Shown here piece by piece: positions 46,392-56,212 of a stretch of DNA of 64,000 nt. The stretch is from Candidatus Latescibacterota bacterium (lineage in GTDB: Bacteria > Latescibacterota > UBA2968 > UBA8231), in contig CBDCSU010000006.1 of the NCBI GenBank assembly GCA_965221775.1, positions 1,088,001 through 1,152,000 on the forward strand. Direction: 5' to 3'. Position numbers and translations under genes: made by a program. Positions within the stretch are counted from its first letter, which is position 1, and every line of letters starts with the position of its first letter. The notes beneath the pieces were generated by a model, which was not told where the DNA came from, searched no databases, and saw nothing but the letters and a program-made list of their open reading frames with translations.

Positions 46392-47528
46392 CTAGAACCG
46401 GTCCGGCCACCACATGTGGGCCACCCGCAGCGGGAAGAGTCCGCGAGCCACCTGCAGGGCCGCCCCGGAGCCGCGCAGCAGGCCCGCTGCCGCGGCGGCG
46501 TCGGCGCTTCGATACCCCAGTGCGAGCTGGAAGAGCACCGCCTGATCGGGGATCCGCAGACGGGGCGCGCCCGCGGGTGATCCCCCCACCTCCAGCCGCC
46601 CGTCGCGGCGCCGGCGCAGGGCCACGCCCCCCAGGTCCGTGTGCAGGGCGATCCCGTCCGAGCCGTCCGCCGGCCACCTGCGCTCCCACTCCGGCACCAT
46701 GGCCGAGGCGAACCGCGGCAGGTCGATGATGCGGCCCATGGGGCCGGCGTTGCGCGGGTACACGGTCTCGTCCCGGGCGCCGATTCCGCGGCAGTAGAGG
46801 GCGAAGGGGTGGTCCACCGGCACGCTGGCGGTGATCCGCTCGAGCCGCAGGGCGGCGGCCCTCCGCGCCATGAACCCGAGCACGGCGGCGTGCACCTCGG
46901 CGCCCCGTCCGGCGACCTCGGCGAGACGACAGCGGTCGGGCTTGTCGTCGTAGTCGGACTTGTCGTCGTAGAGGAAGTAGCCGAACAGGCGCCGGGGGGA
47001 TGCGGCCCGATGCACTACGCGGGCCACCCCTGCCACTCCGAATCCCGAGCCCATGGGGAACTCCCGCCACCCACGGCCGCGCACCACGGAGGCGGTGCGC
47101 CCGGCGTTGGCCGCCGCGTACAGCCGGCGCACCGCGGGCAGGTCCCCCGGGCCCATGGGCCGCGTCTTCAGCGGCGAGACGGCGCGCCGGGCGTCGGCCG
47201 CGGCCAGGGAGAGGCCGTGCTCCGGCATGCAGGTGGCGAATCCGACGCGGTGGTAGAAGTCCTCGATGCCGAAGAGGAGGGAGGTCTCATGGCCTTCGTC
47301 CGCCATCAACTGCAGCGACCGCTGCAGGACGCGGACCGCCAGGCCGCGGCGGCGATGGGCGGGGTCGGTGCCGACACCGGCGATCCCGCCGACGCGGACC
47401 ACGGCGGCGCCGATACGCATGCGCCGGTCCGTGATCCACAGCCGCGAGACCGACTTGCCGCGCTGGAGGATCTCCACCTTCCAGCCGGTCGCGCCGTCCC
47501 GCTCCACCCGGGGCTCGGCGTAGCTCAC
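46392..47528 (-). CDS. Eis-like GNAT acetyltransferase
   Basis: GGIAGVGTDPAHRRRGLA, LFGIEDFYHRVGF; GTG start. Confidence 0.8.
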   Translation of the reverse strand: MSYAEPRVERDGATGWKVEILQRGKSVSRLWITDRRMRIGAAVVRVGGIAGVGTDPAHRRRGLAVRVLQRSLQLMADEGHETSLLFGIEDFYHRVGFATCMPEHGLSLAAADARRAVSPLKTRPMGPGDLPAVRRLYAAANAGRTASVVRGRGWREFPMGSGFGVAGVARVVHRAASPRRLFGYFLYDDKSDYDDKPDRCRLAEVAGRGAEVHAAVLGFMARRAAALRLERITASVPVDHPFALYCRGIGARDETVYPRNAGPMGRIIDLPRFASAMVPEWERRWPADGSDGIALHTDLGGVALRRRRDGRLEVGGSPAGAPRLRIPDQAVLFQLALGYRSADAAAAAGLLRGSGAALQVARGLFPLRVAHMWWPDRF

Positions 47529-47536
47529 CCCCCGGG

Positions 47537-49063
47537 TCAAGGGGCGTACAGGCTGCGCGACTTGTACTGGAAGAAGATGGCGCGGCGGTCCTGCTCCCCC
47601 GTCCACGGGTAGGCGCCGTGGGTCTGGGCCGAGGCCAGGAAGAGCACGACGTCCCCCGCCTTGGCCTCCACGTGGCGCACCAGCCCCAGCTCCTCCTCGC
47701 AGGTGAGCACGCAATCGGGGGCCCGGTAGCGGGTCTTGTGGCTGCCGGGGATGCAGACGAAGCCGCCGTCGGCGGCGGTCACGTCGCGCAGCTGCCAGGC
47801 GACGTTGAGGAACTCGGCGTAGACGCGGCCGTTCTGCTGCCGGTAGTGGGCGCCCACCCGCGGCGGCCCCCCGCCGGCGTGCAGCAGGTGCCCGGAGGAC
47901 CCCTTGCCGAAGAGGAAGCTGGTGCACAGAGTGGCCTCGTAGCCGCTGCCCATCATCCAGTTGAGCCGCTGCACCAGGGCGGGGTCGGCGATCATGCGCT
48001 GGAAGGGCTCCCCGTGGGGGGCCGGCAGCTTCCAGGGATTGCCCAGGGACGACCGGTGGCCGCCGGTCCCGGCCAGCCGCTTCGAGTGCCCGGCCGCCGA
48101 ACCGCCCTTCCCCGGATTGGGGTTGGCATGGGCGTCGACCGCCTCGTTGGCGGCGGCCAGCCACTCGGCGTCCATCACCCCGGGCAGCACGAGGTGGCCG
48201 CACAGGTCCCAGTAGTAGAACTCCTTCTCGTCGATGCCGCAGTCCGCGTCGCGGGTGTAGATCGAGGGATGGTGGACGCCGCCCTCCTCCTCGAGCCAGG
48301 CGCGCTCGCCGTCGGACATGACCACCGGCGGCGGGTACGGCCGGTTCGGGTTGTGGACCACCGCCCGCTGCTCCGGAGTCAGGCTCGCCCGCCACTCCTC
48401 GTCGCCGTCGTCCTCGCCGCGGATCTCCGACCCGGCCGAGGGCCGCACGTTGGTGCTCACGTAGCCGCAGGAGAGCAGCCGCTGTGGTCCCCGCCCCCGC
48501 CAAGGCCGCAGGCCGGTCAGCAGCGACGCGGCGTGGATCATCAGGTCGCCGGCCCGCAGCGCCGGCTGTCTCACGAGGCCCATGTCGTCCGTGCCGTTCA
48601 CCAGGTCCCGCGGCGGCTCCACGGTGCTGGTGTGGCTGGCGGGCACGACCACCAGGCCGCCGTCGCCCTCGGCGGCGTCGGCCAAGGCCCAGACGACGCG
48701 CACGGCGCGGCTGAAGGACTCCTGCCGCTCGCCGTAGGCCCGCGACCAGTCGAGGGGCTCGCCGCCGCCGGTCAGGGCGGTGCCGGCCTCGGCGCCCGCC
48801 CCCAACAGGCGCGGGGACTCGTCGATGCGGAACTTGCCGCAGATCGGCTCCAGGTAGCTGGTGAGCACCGGGTGGTGGCGCAGGGCCAGCAGCGGCGCGC
48901 CGGCCGGCGCCGACCAGCGCAGCGGCCCCTCCACGGCCCCCAGTCGGTCCAGGGCCCGGTTGCAGGCGCTCAACTCCGCCGAGGTCAGCACCCCGCGCAG
49001 GATCAGGTATCCGCCCACCTCGAGCTGGTAGCGCTCTTCCTCCGTCAGCTTCCGTTCCTCCAT
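47537..49063 (-). CDS. Tandem two-domain PhyH-family dioxygenase
   Basis: Two copies of GYLILRGVL/GHLVLPGVM ... DGG.V..P.SH ... AGD units. Confidence 0.85.
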   Translation of the reverse strand: MEERKLTEEERYQLEVGGYLILRGVLTSAELSACNRALDRLGAVEGPLRWSAPAGAPLLALRHHPVLTSYLEPICGKFRIDESPRLLGAGAEAGTALTGGGEPLDWSRAYGERQESFSRAVRVVWALADAAEGDGGLVVVPASHTSTVEPPRDLVNGTDDMGLVRQPALRAGDLMIHAASLLTGLRPWRGRGPQRLLSCGYVSTNVRPSAGSEIRGEDDGDEEWRASLTPEQRAVVHNPNRPYPPPVVMSDGERAWLEEEGGVHHPSIYTRDADCGIDEKEFYYWDLCGHLVLPGVMDAEWLAAANEAVDAHANPNPGKGGSAAGHSKRLAGTGGHRSSLGNPWKLPAPHGEPFQRMIADPALVQRLNWMMGSGYEATLCTSFLFGKGSSGHLLHAGGGPPRVGAHYRQQNGRVYAEFLNVAWQLRDVTAADGGFVCIPGSHKTRYRAPDCVLTCEEELGLVRHVEAKAGDVVLFLASAQTHGAYPWTGEQDRRAIFFQYKSRSLYAP

Positions 49064-49140
49064 CGGGTCCCTCCTCTCCTCAAGGGCGCCCTCCGCCTAC
49101 TCTGGCGGAGCCGCTTCCTGTACGCGAGACTTGGTAATCT

Positions 49141-49398
49141 ATGTCTGATTTCGACCTCGGACTCCAGCGCATCGCCGACGGCCAGGGCCTGCCCATCGCC
49201 CTGGCGGGCATGATCATCGTCTTCACGGCGCTCCTCCTCATCAGCCTCTTCATCACCGTGTTGCCCCGCATCCTGGCGGCGGTGGCCAGGCGGTTCCCGG
49301 AAACGGTGCACCACGCGCCCCGCCGGGTCGAGCCGCCGCCCGAGGATCTGGCCGCCGTCGCCGCCGCGGCCTGGGCCTACACCCGGACCCGGGCCTGA
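49141..49398 (+). CDS. oadG: Na+-translocating decarboxylase gamma subunit
   Basis: GMIIVFTALLLI TM, C-terminal LAAVAAAA; context. Confidence 0.8.
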   Translation: MSDFDLGLQRIADGQGLPIALAGMIIVFTALLLISLFITVLPRILAAVARRFPETVHHAPRRVEPPPEDLAAVAAAAWAYTRTRA

Positions 49399-49408
49399 CG
49401 CCGGCGCC

Positions 49409-50536
49409 ATGAGCGTCCTCTTCGAGTTCCTCGGCACCACGGGGTTCGCCACCATGACCTGGGGCAACGTCCTCATGGTCGTGATCGGCCTGATCTTCAT
49501 CACCCTGGCCATCACCAAGGACTACGAGCCCCTGCTGCTGCTGCCGATCGGCTTCGGCGCCATCGTCGGCAACATCGCCGCGATCCCGAGCATGGCCGTC
49601 GGTGTCTACGACGAGGGCAGCGTTCTCTACTACCTCTACTTCGGCGTCAGCCACGGCGTCTACCCGCCGCTGATCTTCCTCGGCATCGGCGCCATGACCG
49701 ACTTCTCCACCATGCTCTCCAACCCGCGCCTGGTCATGCTCGGCGCCGCCGCCCAGGTGGGCATCTTCCTCACCCTCATCGGCGCCCTCTACCTGGGCTT
49801 CACCCCCGAGGAAGCCGGCGCCATCGGCATCATCGGCGGCGCCGACGGCCCCACGGCGATCTTCCTCTCCGCCAAGCTCGCGCCGCACCTGATCAGCGCC
49901 ATCGCCATCGCCGCCTACTCCTACATGGCCCTGGTGCCGGTCATCCAGCCGCCGGTCATGCGCCTGCTGACGACGCGCAAGGAGCGCCTCATCCGCATGC
50001 CGACGCCGCGCCAGGTGTCGCGCCGGGAGCGCATCGTCTTCCCCATCGCCGCCTTCCTCATCGCCGCCGTCATCGCCCCCGGCTCGCTGGCCCTGGTGGG
50101 CATGCTCATGTTCGGCAACCTCCTCAAGGAGAGCGGCGTCACCGAGCGCCTGGCGGAGACGGCGCGCCACGCCTTCGTGGACACCGTCACCATCCTGCTG
50201 GGGTTCTCGGTGGGGGCCAGCACCCAGGCCCAGGTCTTCCTCACGCCCCAGTCGGTGCTGATCTTCGGCCTCGGCGCCCTCTCCTTCGCCATGGCCACCG
50301 CCGGCGGCGTGCTCTTCGCCAAGTTCCTCAACCTGTTCACCCAGAACAAGATCAACCCCCTCGTCGGCGCCGCGGGCGTGTCGGCCGTTCCCGACTCGGC
50401 GCGCGTGGTGCAGATGCTGGGCCACCAGGAGGATCCCCACAACCACCTGCTGATGCACGCCATGGCCCCGAACGTGGCCGGCGTCATCGGCTCTGCCATC
50501 TGCGCCGGCATTTTGTGGTCGGTCATGGTGAAGTGA
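49409..50536 (+). CDS. oadB: Na+-translocating decarboxylase beta subunit
   Basis: EPLLLLPIGFG, IGIIGGADGPT, AYSYMALVP, NVAGVIGS. Confidence 0.95.
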   Translation: MSVLFEFLGTTGFATMTWGNVLMVVIGLIFITLAITKDYEPLLLLPIGFGAIVGNIAAIPSMAVGVYDEGSVLYYLYFGVSHGVYPPLIFLGIGAMTDFSTMLSNPRLVMLGAAAQVGIFLTLIGALYLGFTPEEAGAIGIIGGADGPTAIFLSAKLAPHLISAIAIAAYSYMALVPVIQPPVMRLLTTRKERLIRMPTPRQVSRRERIVFPIAAFLIAAVIAPGSLALVGMLMFGNLLKESGVTERLAETARHAFVDTVTILLGFSVGASTQAQVFLTPQSVLIFGLGALSFAMATAGGVLFAKFLNLFTQNKINPLVGAAGVSAVPDSARVVQMLGHQEDPHNHLLMHAMAPNVAGVIGSAICAGILWSVMVK

Positions 50537-50537
50537 T

Positions 50538-52481
50538 ATGACGAAGAAGGTCAAGTTCATGTGCACCGCCTTCCGCGACGGCTTCCAGTCCGTGTACGGA
50601 GCGCGGGTGCTCACGCCCGATTTCCTCCCCGCCCTGGAGGCCGCCCGCGAGGCCGGCATCGACTACTTCGAGGCCGGCGGCGGGGCCCGCTTCCAGTCCC
50701 TCTACTTCTACTGCAACGAGGACGCCTTCGACATGATGGACGCCTTCCGCGAGACGGCGGGCCCGGAGGCGAACCTGCAGACCTTGTCGCGGGGCGTAAA
50801 CGTCGTCGGACTCGACTCGCAGCCGAGCGACATCATCAAGCTCCACGCCGACCTCTTCGCCCGCCACGGCATGACGACGATCCGCAACTTCGACGCCCTC
50901 AACGACGTGGACAATCTCGTCCACTCGGGGCGCTGCATCGTCGAGGCGGGTCTCAAGCACCAGGTCTGCGTCACCATGATGGCCCTGCCGCCGGGGTGCC
51001 GCGGCGCCCACGACCCGGCTTTCTACACCGAGACCCTGCGCAAGATCCTCGACGCCGAGATCCCCTTCGACTCGGTCTGCTTCAAGGACGCCTCCGGCAC
51101 GGCGGTGCCGGCCACCGTCTTCGAGACCATCGTGCAGGCCCGGCGCCTGCTGCCGGAGGGCACCTTCATCCACTTCCACACCCACGAGACCGCCGGCATC
51201 TCGGTGCAGGCCTACAACGCCGCCCTCGACGCCGGCGCGGACGCCATCGACCTGTCGCTGGCGCCGGTCTCGGGCGGCACCTGCCAGCCCGACGTGCTGG
51301 TCATGTGGCACGCCCTGCGCGCCACCGAGTACGACCTCGACATCGACGTCGACAAGGTCCGCGAGGCGGAAGAGGTCTTCAAGGAGTGCATGCGCGACTA
51401 CTACCTGCCGCCCGAGGCGGTGGCGGTGGAGCCCATGATCCCCTGGAGCCCCATGCCCGGAGGCGCGCTCACCGCCAACACCCAGATGCTGCGCGACAAC
51501 GGCATCATGGACCGCTACCCGGAGATGATCCGCGCCATGGGCGACGTCGTCGAGCGCGGCGGCTTCGGCACCTCGGTGACGCCGGTGTCGCAGTTCTATT
51601 TCCAGCAGGCCTTCAACAACGTCATGCTCGGCCCGTGGGAGCGCATCGCCGACGACTACGGGCGCATGGTCCTCGGGTACTTCGGCAAGACCCCGGTGCC
51701 GCCCGATCCCGAGGTCGTGGCCCGGGCCAGCGAGCAGCTCGGTCTGAAGCCGACCGACCGGCCTCCCCTGGAGCTGAACGACGCCGACCCGAAGAAGGGT
51801 GCCGGCCCGGCCCGCGAGCGCCTCAAGGCGGAGGGCCTGGAGACCACCGACGAGAGCATCTTCATCGCCGCCGCCTGCGGCGACAAGGGCATCGCCTTCC
51901 TCAAGGGCGAGGCCGAGCTGGGGGTCCGAAAGACCGGCGACGAGGTGCCCGCGAAACCGGCGCCCGCGCCACCGGCCCCGCAACCGACGACACCCGCTCC
52001 TGCTGAGCCGCCGCCGCCCGCACCCGTCCCCGAAGGTCCGGCGTCCTACTCGGTCAAGGTGGAGGGCCGCTCCTACACCGTCGTCGTCGAAGGCGACAAG
52101 GTGAGGGTTGGCGACAAGACCTACGACGTGAGCGCCGACGAAGGCGGCCAGCCCGCTGCCGCCGAGAGCGCCCCCGCGGCGCCGGCCGCCGCCCCGGCGG
52201 AGAGCGCGGCGCCTCCCGCCGCGCCCAGCGCCCCCGGCCCCGCAACCGAGGCCGCGGGCGGCACGGTGCCCGTGGAGTCGCACATGCCCGGCAAGGTGGT
52301 GCGCATCGTCGCCGAGCCGGGAACCGCCGTCAGCGACGGCGACGCGGTGATCATGATCGAGGCGATGAAGATGGAAGTGCCCGTGCCCTCCCCCGTGAGC
52401 GGCACCGTCGTCTCGGTGGCGGTCTCGGCGGGCGACCAGGTCGGCGAGTCGCAGGTGCTCGCGGCGGTGCGGCCGGACTGA
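50538..52481 (+). CDS. oadA: Oxaloacetate decarboxylase alpha / carboxyltransferase with biotinyl domain
   Basis: FRDGFQS, FKDASG, HTH metal motif, PGG, VTPVSQ, Pro/Ala linker, EAMKME. Confidence 0.88.
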   Translation: MTKKVKFMCTAFRDGFQSVYGARVLTPDFLPALEAAREAGIDYFEAGGGARFQSLYFYCNEDAFDMMDAFRETAGPEANLQTLSRGVNVVGLDSQPSDIIKLHADLFARHGMTTIRNFDALNDVDNLVHSGRCIVEAGLKHQVCVTMMALPPGCRGAHDPAFYTETLRKILDAEIPFDSVCFKDASGTAVPATVFETIVQARRLLPEGTFIHFHTHETAGISVQAYNAALDAGADAIDLSLAPVSGGTCQPDVLVMWHALRATEYDLDIDVDKVREAEEVFKECMRDYYLPPEAVAVEPMIPWSPMPGGALTANTQMLRDNGIMDRYPEMIRAMGDVVERGGFGTSVTPVSQFYFQQAFNNVMLGPWERIADDYGRMVLGYFGKTPVPPDPEVVARASEQLGLKPTDRPPLELNDADPKKGAGPARERLKAEGLETTDESIFIAAACGDKGIAFLKGEAELGVRKTGDEVPAKPAPAPPAPQPTTPAPAEPPPPAPVPEGPASYSVKVEGRSYTVVVEGDKVRVGDKTYDVSADEGGQPAAAESAPAAPAAAPAESAAPPAAPSAPGPATEAAGGTVPVESHMPGKVVRIVAEPGTAVSDGDAVIMIEAMKMEVPVPSPVSGTVVSVAVSAGDQVGESQVLAAVRPD

Positions 52482-52534
52482 TCCACCCAACCCCTCCAGA
52501 ACAAGCCACAGTCACGAATGAGGGAAACCCCCCC

Positions 52535-53977
52535 GTGAATGCAAACGATTGGACCACCGTACCTGGCTGGGATGCGGCGAAGCACGAGTACGTCGAACTC
52601 GACTGCGAACGCTGGATCAGGGAAAACAAGATCCGTGAGGCTGGACGCGACAACGGGAGGCAGAACTTCCCGCCCTCGGAAGCGGTCCAACCTGACGAGA
52701 TGTACATGAAAATTCTGGCTTGGGTGAACCAGCGAGGCAAAGGGTGCTACGCGGCGGTCGGCGATTACCTCGTCCAGCAACGTGAGGCCCTCGAACGCGA
52801 AGTGAAGGAGGGAATGGCCCCCATCCGGAACCGGGTAGAAGGGATGAGGGACGAGGGCATCCAGGCCCTGACCGACCAGGCCACGGAGGATCACACAAAC
52901 CTGCAGCAGAAGAAGCACGAAGCCCGCGAGGCTTGGACGGCGTTGGAGAGAACAAAGGCAGAAGCAAACCTCAAACGGGTGGCGGAGTACGACGGAAGAG
53001 ACTCTTGGTACGGGTGGTTGATCGGGATCGTCATTGTGGAAGTGGTGTTCAACGCCGGGATGCTCGCGGCAGTGCACGAACACGGCCTGCTGGGCGCCGT
53101 AGGGACCATGGCTTTCATCGCAATCGTGAACGCTGTCTTCCTGGCCGGGATGATCGGTGAGGGATGGCGGCTCAAGAACTCGCACGATCTGTTACCAAAG
53201 TCCGCCGGCTGGCTCCTGATAGCCGTGGGGGCATCGGGAACGCTGGTCTTCAACCTCCTCGTGGGTCACTTCCGGGATAGCATGCAGGCGGTGACTGCAA
53301 GGGCCACCGCAAGTACCCTGAGCGAACTGTTGGCCGACGACACCTTTGAGAGGTTCGCAAACAACCCCTTCGGGCTTGAGGGAATGCTCTCAGGGCTCCT
53401 CGTAGCCATCGGGACCGGGTGCTGCTTCTTTGCCGCCACCAAGTGGCTGAAACGAGACGACGTCTATCCCGGGTATGGAGCGCGGCATCGTGCGGCAACC
53501 CAACACAACGGCGAATTCCTGCGGGAACTTGAGGCCCGCCGGGAGAAACTCAACAGCATCCACAAGGAGTACATCGAGAAGATCAGAGACCAACGGCTCC
53601 AAGTGGAAAACAGGACTGGGGTCGAAACACAGATCACCGAGACAGCCAAGTCGATCGTGGACCAATTCTCCATGCAACTTGGCCAGTACCAGCACCACTT
53701 GGATTTCATCCTCGCTGCGTACAGATCCGAGAACGAGAAAGCCCGCACCACGGCGCCTCCTGGATTCTTCGCTGAGCCATTCTCGATCGATCCCGAGATG
53801 CTGAAACCACCGTCTTTCAGGGGGGTCCGCACTCCCAATCCTCTGGATTCCAGTTGGGAGGGGTTTCAACAAGCCGAGAAGGCGATCCGCACAGCATACC
53901 AGGAGGCGCAGAAGGGCTACCCAACCCTGGAGGCGTGGATGGGAGACCGCACGGGGGAGCCCGAGAATGAACAGTGA
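52535..53977 (+). CDS. Hypothetical 4-TM membrane protein with flanking coiled coils
   Basis: Four hydrophobic segments, DDVYPGYG after TM4, AYRSENEKAR near C-terminus. Confidence 0.8.
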   Translation: MNANDWTTVPGWDAAKHEYVELDCERWIRENKIREAGRDNGRQNFPPSEAVQPDEMYMKILAWVNQRGKGCYAAVGDYLVQQREALEREVKEGMAPIRNRVEGMRDEGIQALTDQATEDHTNLQQKKHEAREAWTALERTKAEANLKRVAEYDGRDSWYGWLIGIVIVEVVFNAGMLAAVHEHGLLGAVGTMAFIAIVNAVFLAGMIGEGWRLKNSHDLLPKSAGWLLIAVGASGTLVFNLLVGHFRDSMQAVTARATASTLSELLADDTFERFANNPFGLEGMLSGLLVAIGTGCCFFAATKWLKRDDVYPGYGARHRAATQHNGEFLRELEARREKLNSIHKEYIEKIRDQRLQVENRTGVETQITETAKSIVDQFSMQLGQYQHHLDFILAAYRSENEKARTTAPPGFFAEPFSIDPEMLKPPSFRGVRTPNPLDSSWEGFQQAEKAIRTAYQEAQKGYPTLEAWMGDRTGEPENEQ

Positions 53978-54794
53978 GTCCCGCGGCCAGCGCCAAGCCA
54001 AGCACCGACGCCGAACGAGGCTTTTCGTCTTTATCGTTGTGCCTCTGGTGGCCTGCCTGTGGGTCTACCTCTCGACAAAAGAGGCCGAACCCCTCGACGA
54101 CCAAGGGTGCCCAAGAGAGACCGGCCCAACCCGCGAGGTGCTCTTGCTGGTCGACACCTCCGACCCCCTGACCGACAAGCACAAGGAAGAGCTGGGCCGG
54201 ATCCTGCGCGAGATGACGAGTCCGGCCTCAACCGGCCGCCACGACGAGATGGCCGTGAGAAAGGGCGAACGAGTGACGCTCTACGGGCTGGAGGGCGCCG
54301 AGATTCCACGGAAGCCCCTCGCCCAGATCTGCCACCCCGGGGGGAATCCCGAAGAGCGGGAGCGATTCAGCGAACTAACAAGAGGCTCGGTGATCACCCA
54401 ATGGCACTGGGAGAACTTCAAGAAGGTGATTGAGGGAATGTTCCCGAGGGATACGTCCGAGGCGCAGCCCTCGTCTCCAATCCTCGAAGCCCTCGCGGTC
54501 ATCACCCCCCGCCACTCACACAGCCGCCGCGCGGCCGAGGACGCAAGACCCACCCACCTGATCATCATATCCGACCTGCTCCAGAACACGCCGATTCTCT
54601 CTCATTACACGTCGTATCCGCCCCCTCAAGAGATACCGCGTGAACTGCGGACGGATCTCTCCCGTGTGGAGGTCAGCCTCTTCCGATTGGAGAGGCACAA
54701 GTACGAGATCTATCAGACGCCGGAACACTACTACTGGTGGACTGACTTGATCGAGGAGTTGGGAGGAAAGGTGGTATGGCAACAGGCACTGTAG
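53967..54794 (+). CDS. Membrane-anchored vWA-like protein
   Basis: Basic N-terminus + TM; LLVDTSD, SSPILEAL, LIIISDLLQN resemble degenerate MIDAS. Confidence 0.7.
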   Translation: MNSESRGQRQAKHRRRTRLFVFIVVPLVACLWVYLSTKEAEPLDDQGCPRETGPTREVLLLVDTSDPLTDKHKEELGRILREMTSPASTGRHDEMAVRKGERVTLYGLEGAEIPRKPLAQICHPGGNPEERERFSELTRGSVITQWHWENFKKVIEGMFPRDTSEAQPSSPILEALAVITPRHSHSRRAAEDARPTHLIIISDLLQNTPILSHYTSYPPPQEIPRELRTDLSRVEVSLFRLERHKYEIYQTPEHYYWWTDLIEELGGKVVWQQAL

Positions 54795-56203
54795 AAAAGG
54801 GCCGGCGCCGCCTGTTTCAAACAGAGAGAGCCTTCCAGCGGGCCTTTTGGGTCGGATTTCTCCTGATTCCGGTGGTGAAACTGGTCGCCCAAGGGGCGCC
54901 GATCATTGGCGGGTTCGTTGCGGCCGCACTCGGGATCCTCATCATGGGGTTCTACAGATCCGAGCAAACCCAGGTCCGTCCACCGCATGAACACCCTCGC
55001 CTGGGTGATGAGGTCTATTACCTCGGGTTGCTGTATACGCTCACCTCTCTCTGTGCGGCCCTCGTCACTCTGTTTCTACTGCAGGGGACAGAGCAGACCC
55101 TGGAGAGGCGCACCGACGAGATGATCGGCAGCTTCGGGATTGCGCTTCTCACAACCATGGCCGGGATCGTCCTGCGCATGGACCTGCAGGGCCACGCGCC
55201 CGAGGATCAAGACGTAGACGTCAGCCGCGACCTGGAGCGCTATGCTCGTGAGCTCCGCAGGCAACTCGAGAGCTCCGCCAACGCCTTCGCATCCCACGCC
55301 AACAAGACGATCCTGCAGGCAAAGACCACTCATGCCCACATGGATGAATTGATGCAGACCTTCCATCGGGGGCTGGAAGAGAAGGCGAAGGCCGAGCTGG
55401 CCCGCCTGCAGGCGCTCCACGAATCCGCCGCCGACAGCGCCGAGCAGGCACTCCGCCGGACAGAGGCCCAGCAGGAAGGGATCCACACCGCCCTGCAGGG
55501 CTTCCAGGCGCAAGTGACCGCCATGGACGAGAGCATCGAACGCATCCGAGTTGGAAGCGAGGCGACGGCCACGCACCTGGGTACGATCGGCGCACTGGCG
55601 GAGCAGAGCGTCAAGGTGGGGCACGACTGGGTAACCATCCAGCACCAGGCGAACGGGGCCATGGGCGAAATGCAGCAGACCACCCGGGAACTGGCCACGC
55701 TTGGCCACGAGGCACAACGCACGAGCGCCGAGCTGGCTGCTTTGCCCGATGGGCTCCGAACAGCCACGGCTGAGGTGGAGAAACTCACCGAGGCCACAAC
55801 CGCCAGCAAGGCGATGGCAGACCTGGAGGTCAACGCCACGGCGGTGGCCCGGAACCTCGCTGCCATTGCCGATGCCGGCCAGTTGCACCACGAGGCCATC
55901 GGCGCCGCCGTGGAGAAGCTCCAGGCCCTTGCGGAGACGGCAAGCCAGGACTTCGCGGCCCAAGGCCAGCTGAAGGAGGCGATCGTCCAACTCGCCGAGG
56001 TGGCGGCGACCGCGGCCAGTTACACGCAGAGTTTGAAAAGCACGTTGCGGGAGGTGCAGGGCATCAATTCAGAGCTGAAGAGCGTGCAAACTGCGCTGCG
56101 CGACGAAGGGACAGATCTCGCCACGCAGCTGCGGGCGGCCATCGCTGCGTTGGAGGAAGCAAGGCGTAGTGACAGCGCATGGAAGCGCTTTTTTGGAGGC
56201 TAG
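54776..56203 (+). CDS. MotA/TolQ/ExbB (ZorA-like) membrane protein with long helical tail
   Basis: YYLGLLYTLTSL and FGIALLTTMAGI resemble MotA/ExbB channel helices; long Ala/Gln/Glu-rich tail. Confidence 0.7.
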   Translation: MATGTVEKGRRRLFQTERAFQRAFWVGFLLIPVVKLVAQGAPIIGGFVAAALGILIMGFYRSEQTQVRPPHEHPRLGDEVYYLGLLYTLTSLCAALVTLFLLQGTEQTLERRTDEMIGSFGIALLTTMAGIVLRMDLQGHAPEDQDVDVSRDLERYARELRRQLESSANAFASHANKTILQAKTTHAHMDELMQTFHRGLEEKAKAELARLQALHESAADSAEQALRRTEAQQEGIHTALQGFQAQVTAMDESIERIRVGSEATATHLGTIGALAEQSVKVGHDWVTIQHQANGAMGEMQQTTRELATLGHEAQRTSAELAALPDGLRTATAEVEKLTEATTASKAMADLEVNATAVARNLAAIADAGQLHHEAIGAAVEKLQALAETASQDFAAQGQLKEAIVQLAEVAATAASYTQSLKSTLREVQGINSELKSVQTALRDEGTDLATQLRAAIAALEEARRSDSAWKRFFGG

Positions 56204-56212
56204 CTCGACACC

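Noticed and set aside
51948-52260. Low-complexity C/G-rich repeats
   Set aside because: Encode ordinary Pro/Ala linkers of the biotin-carrier region of OadA
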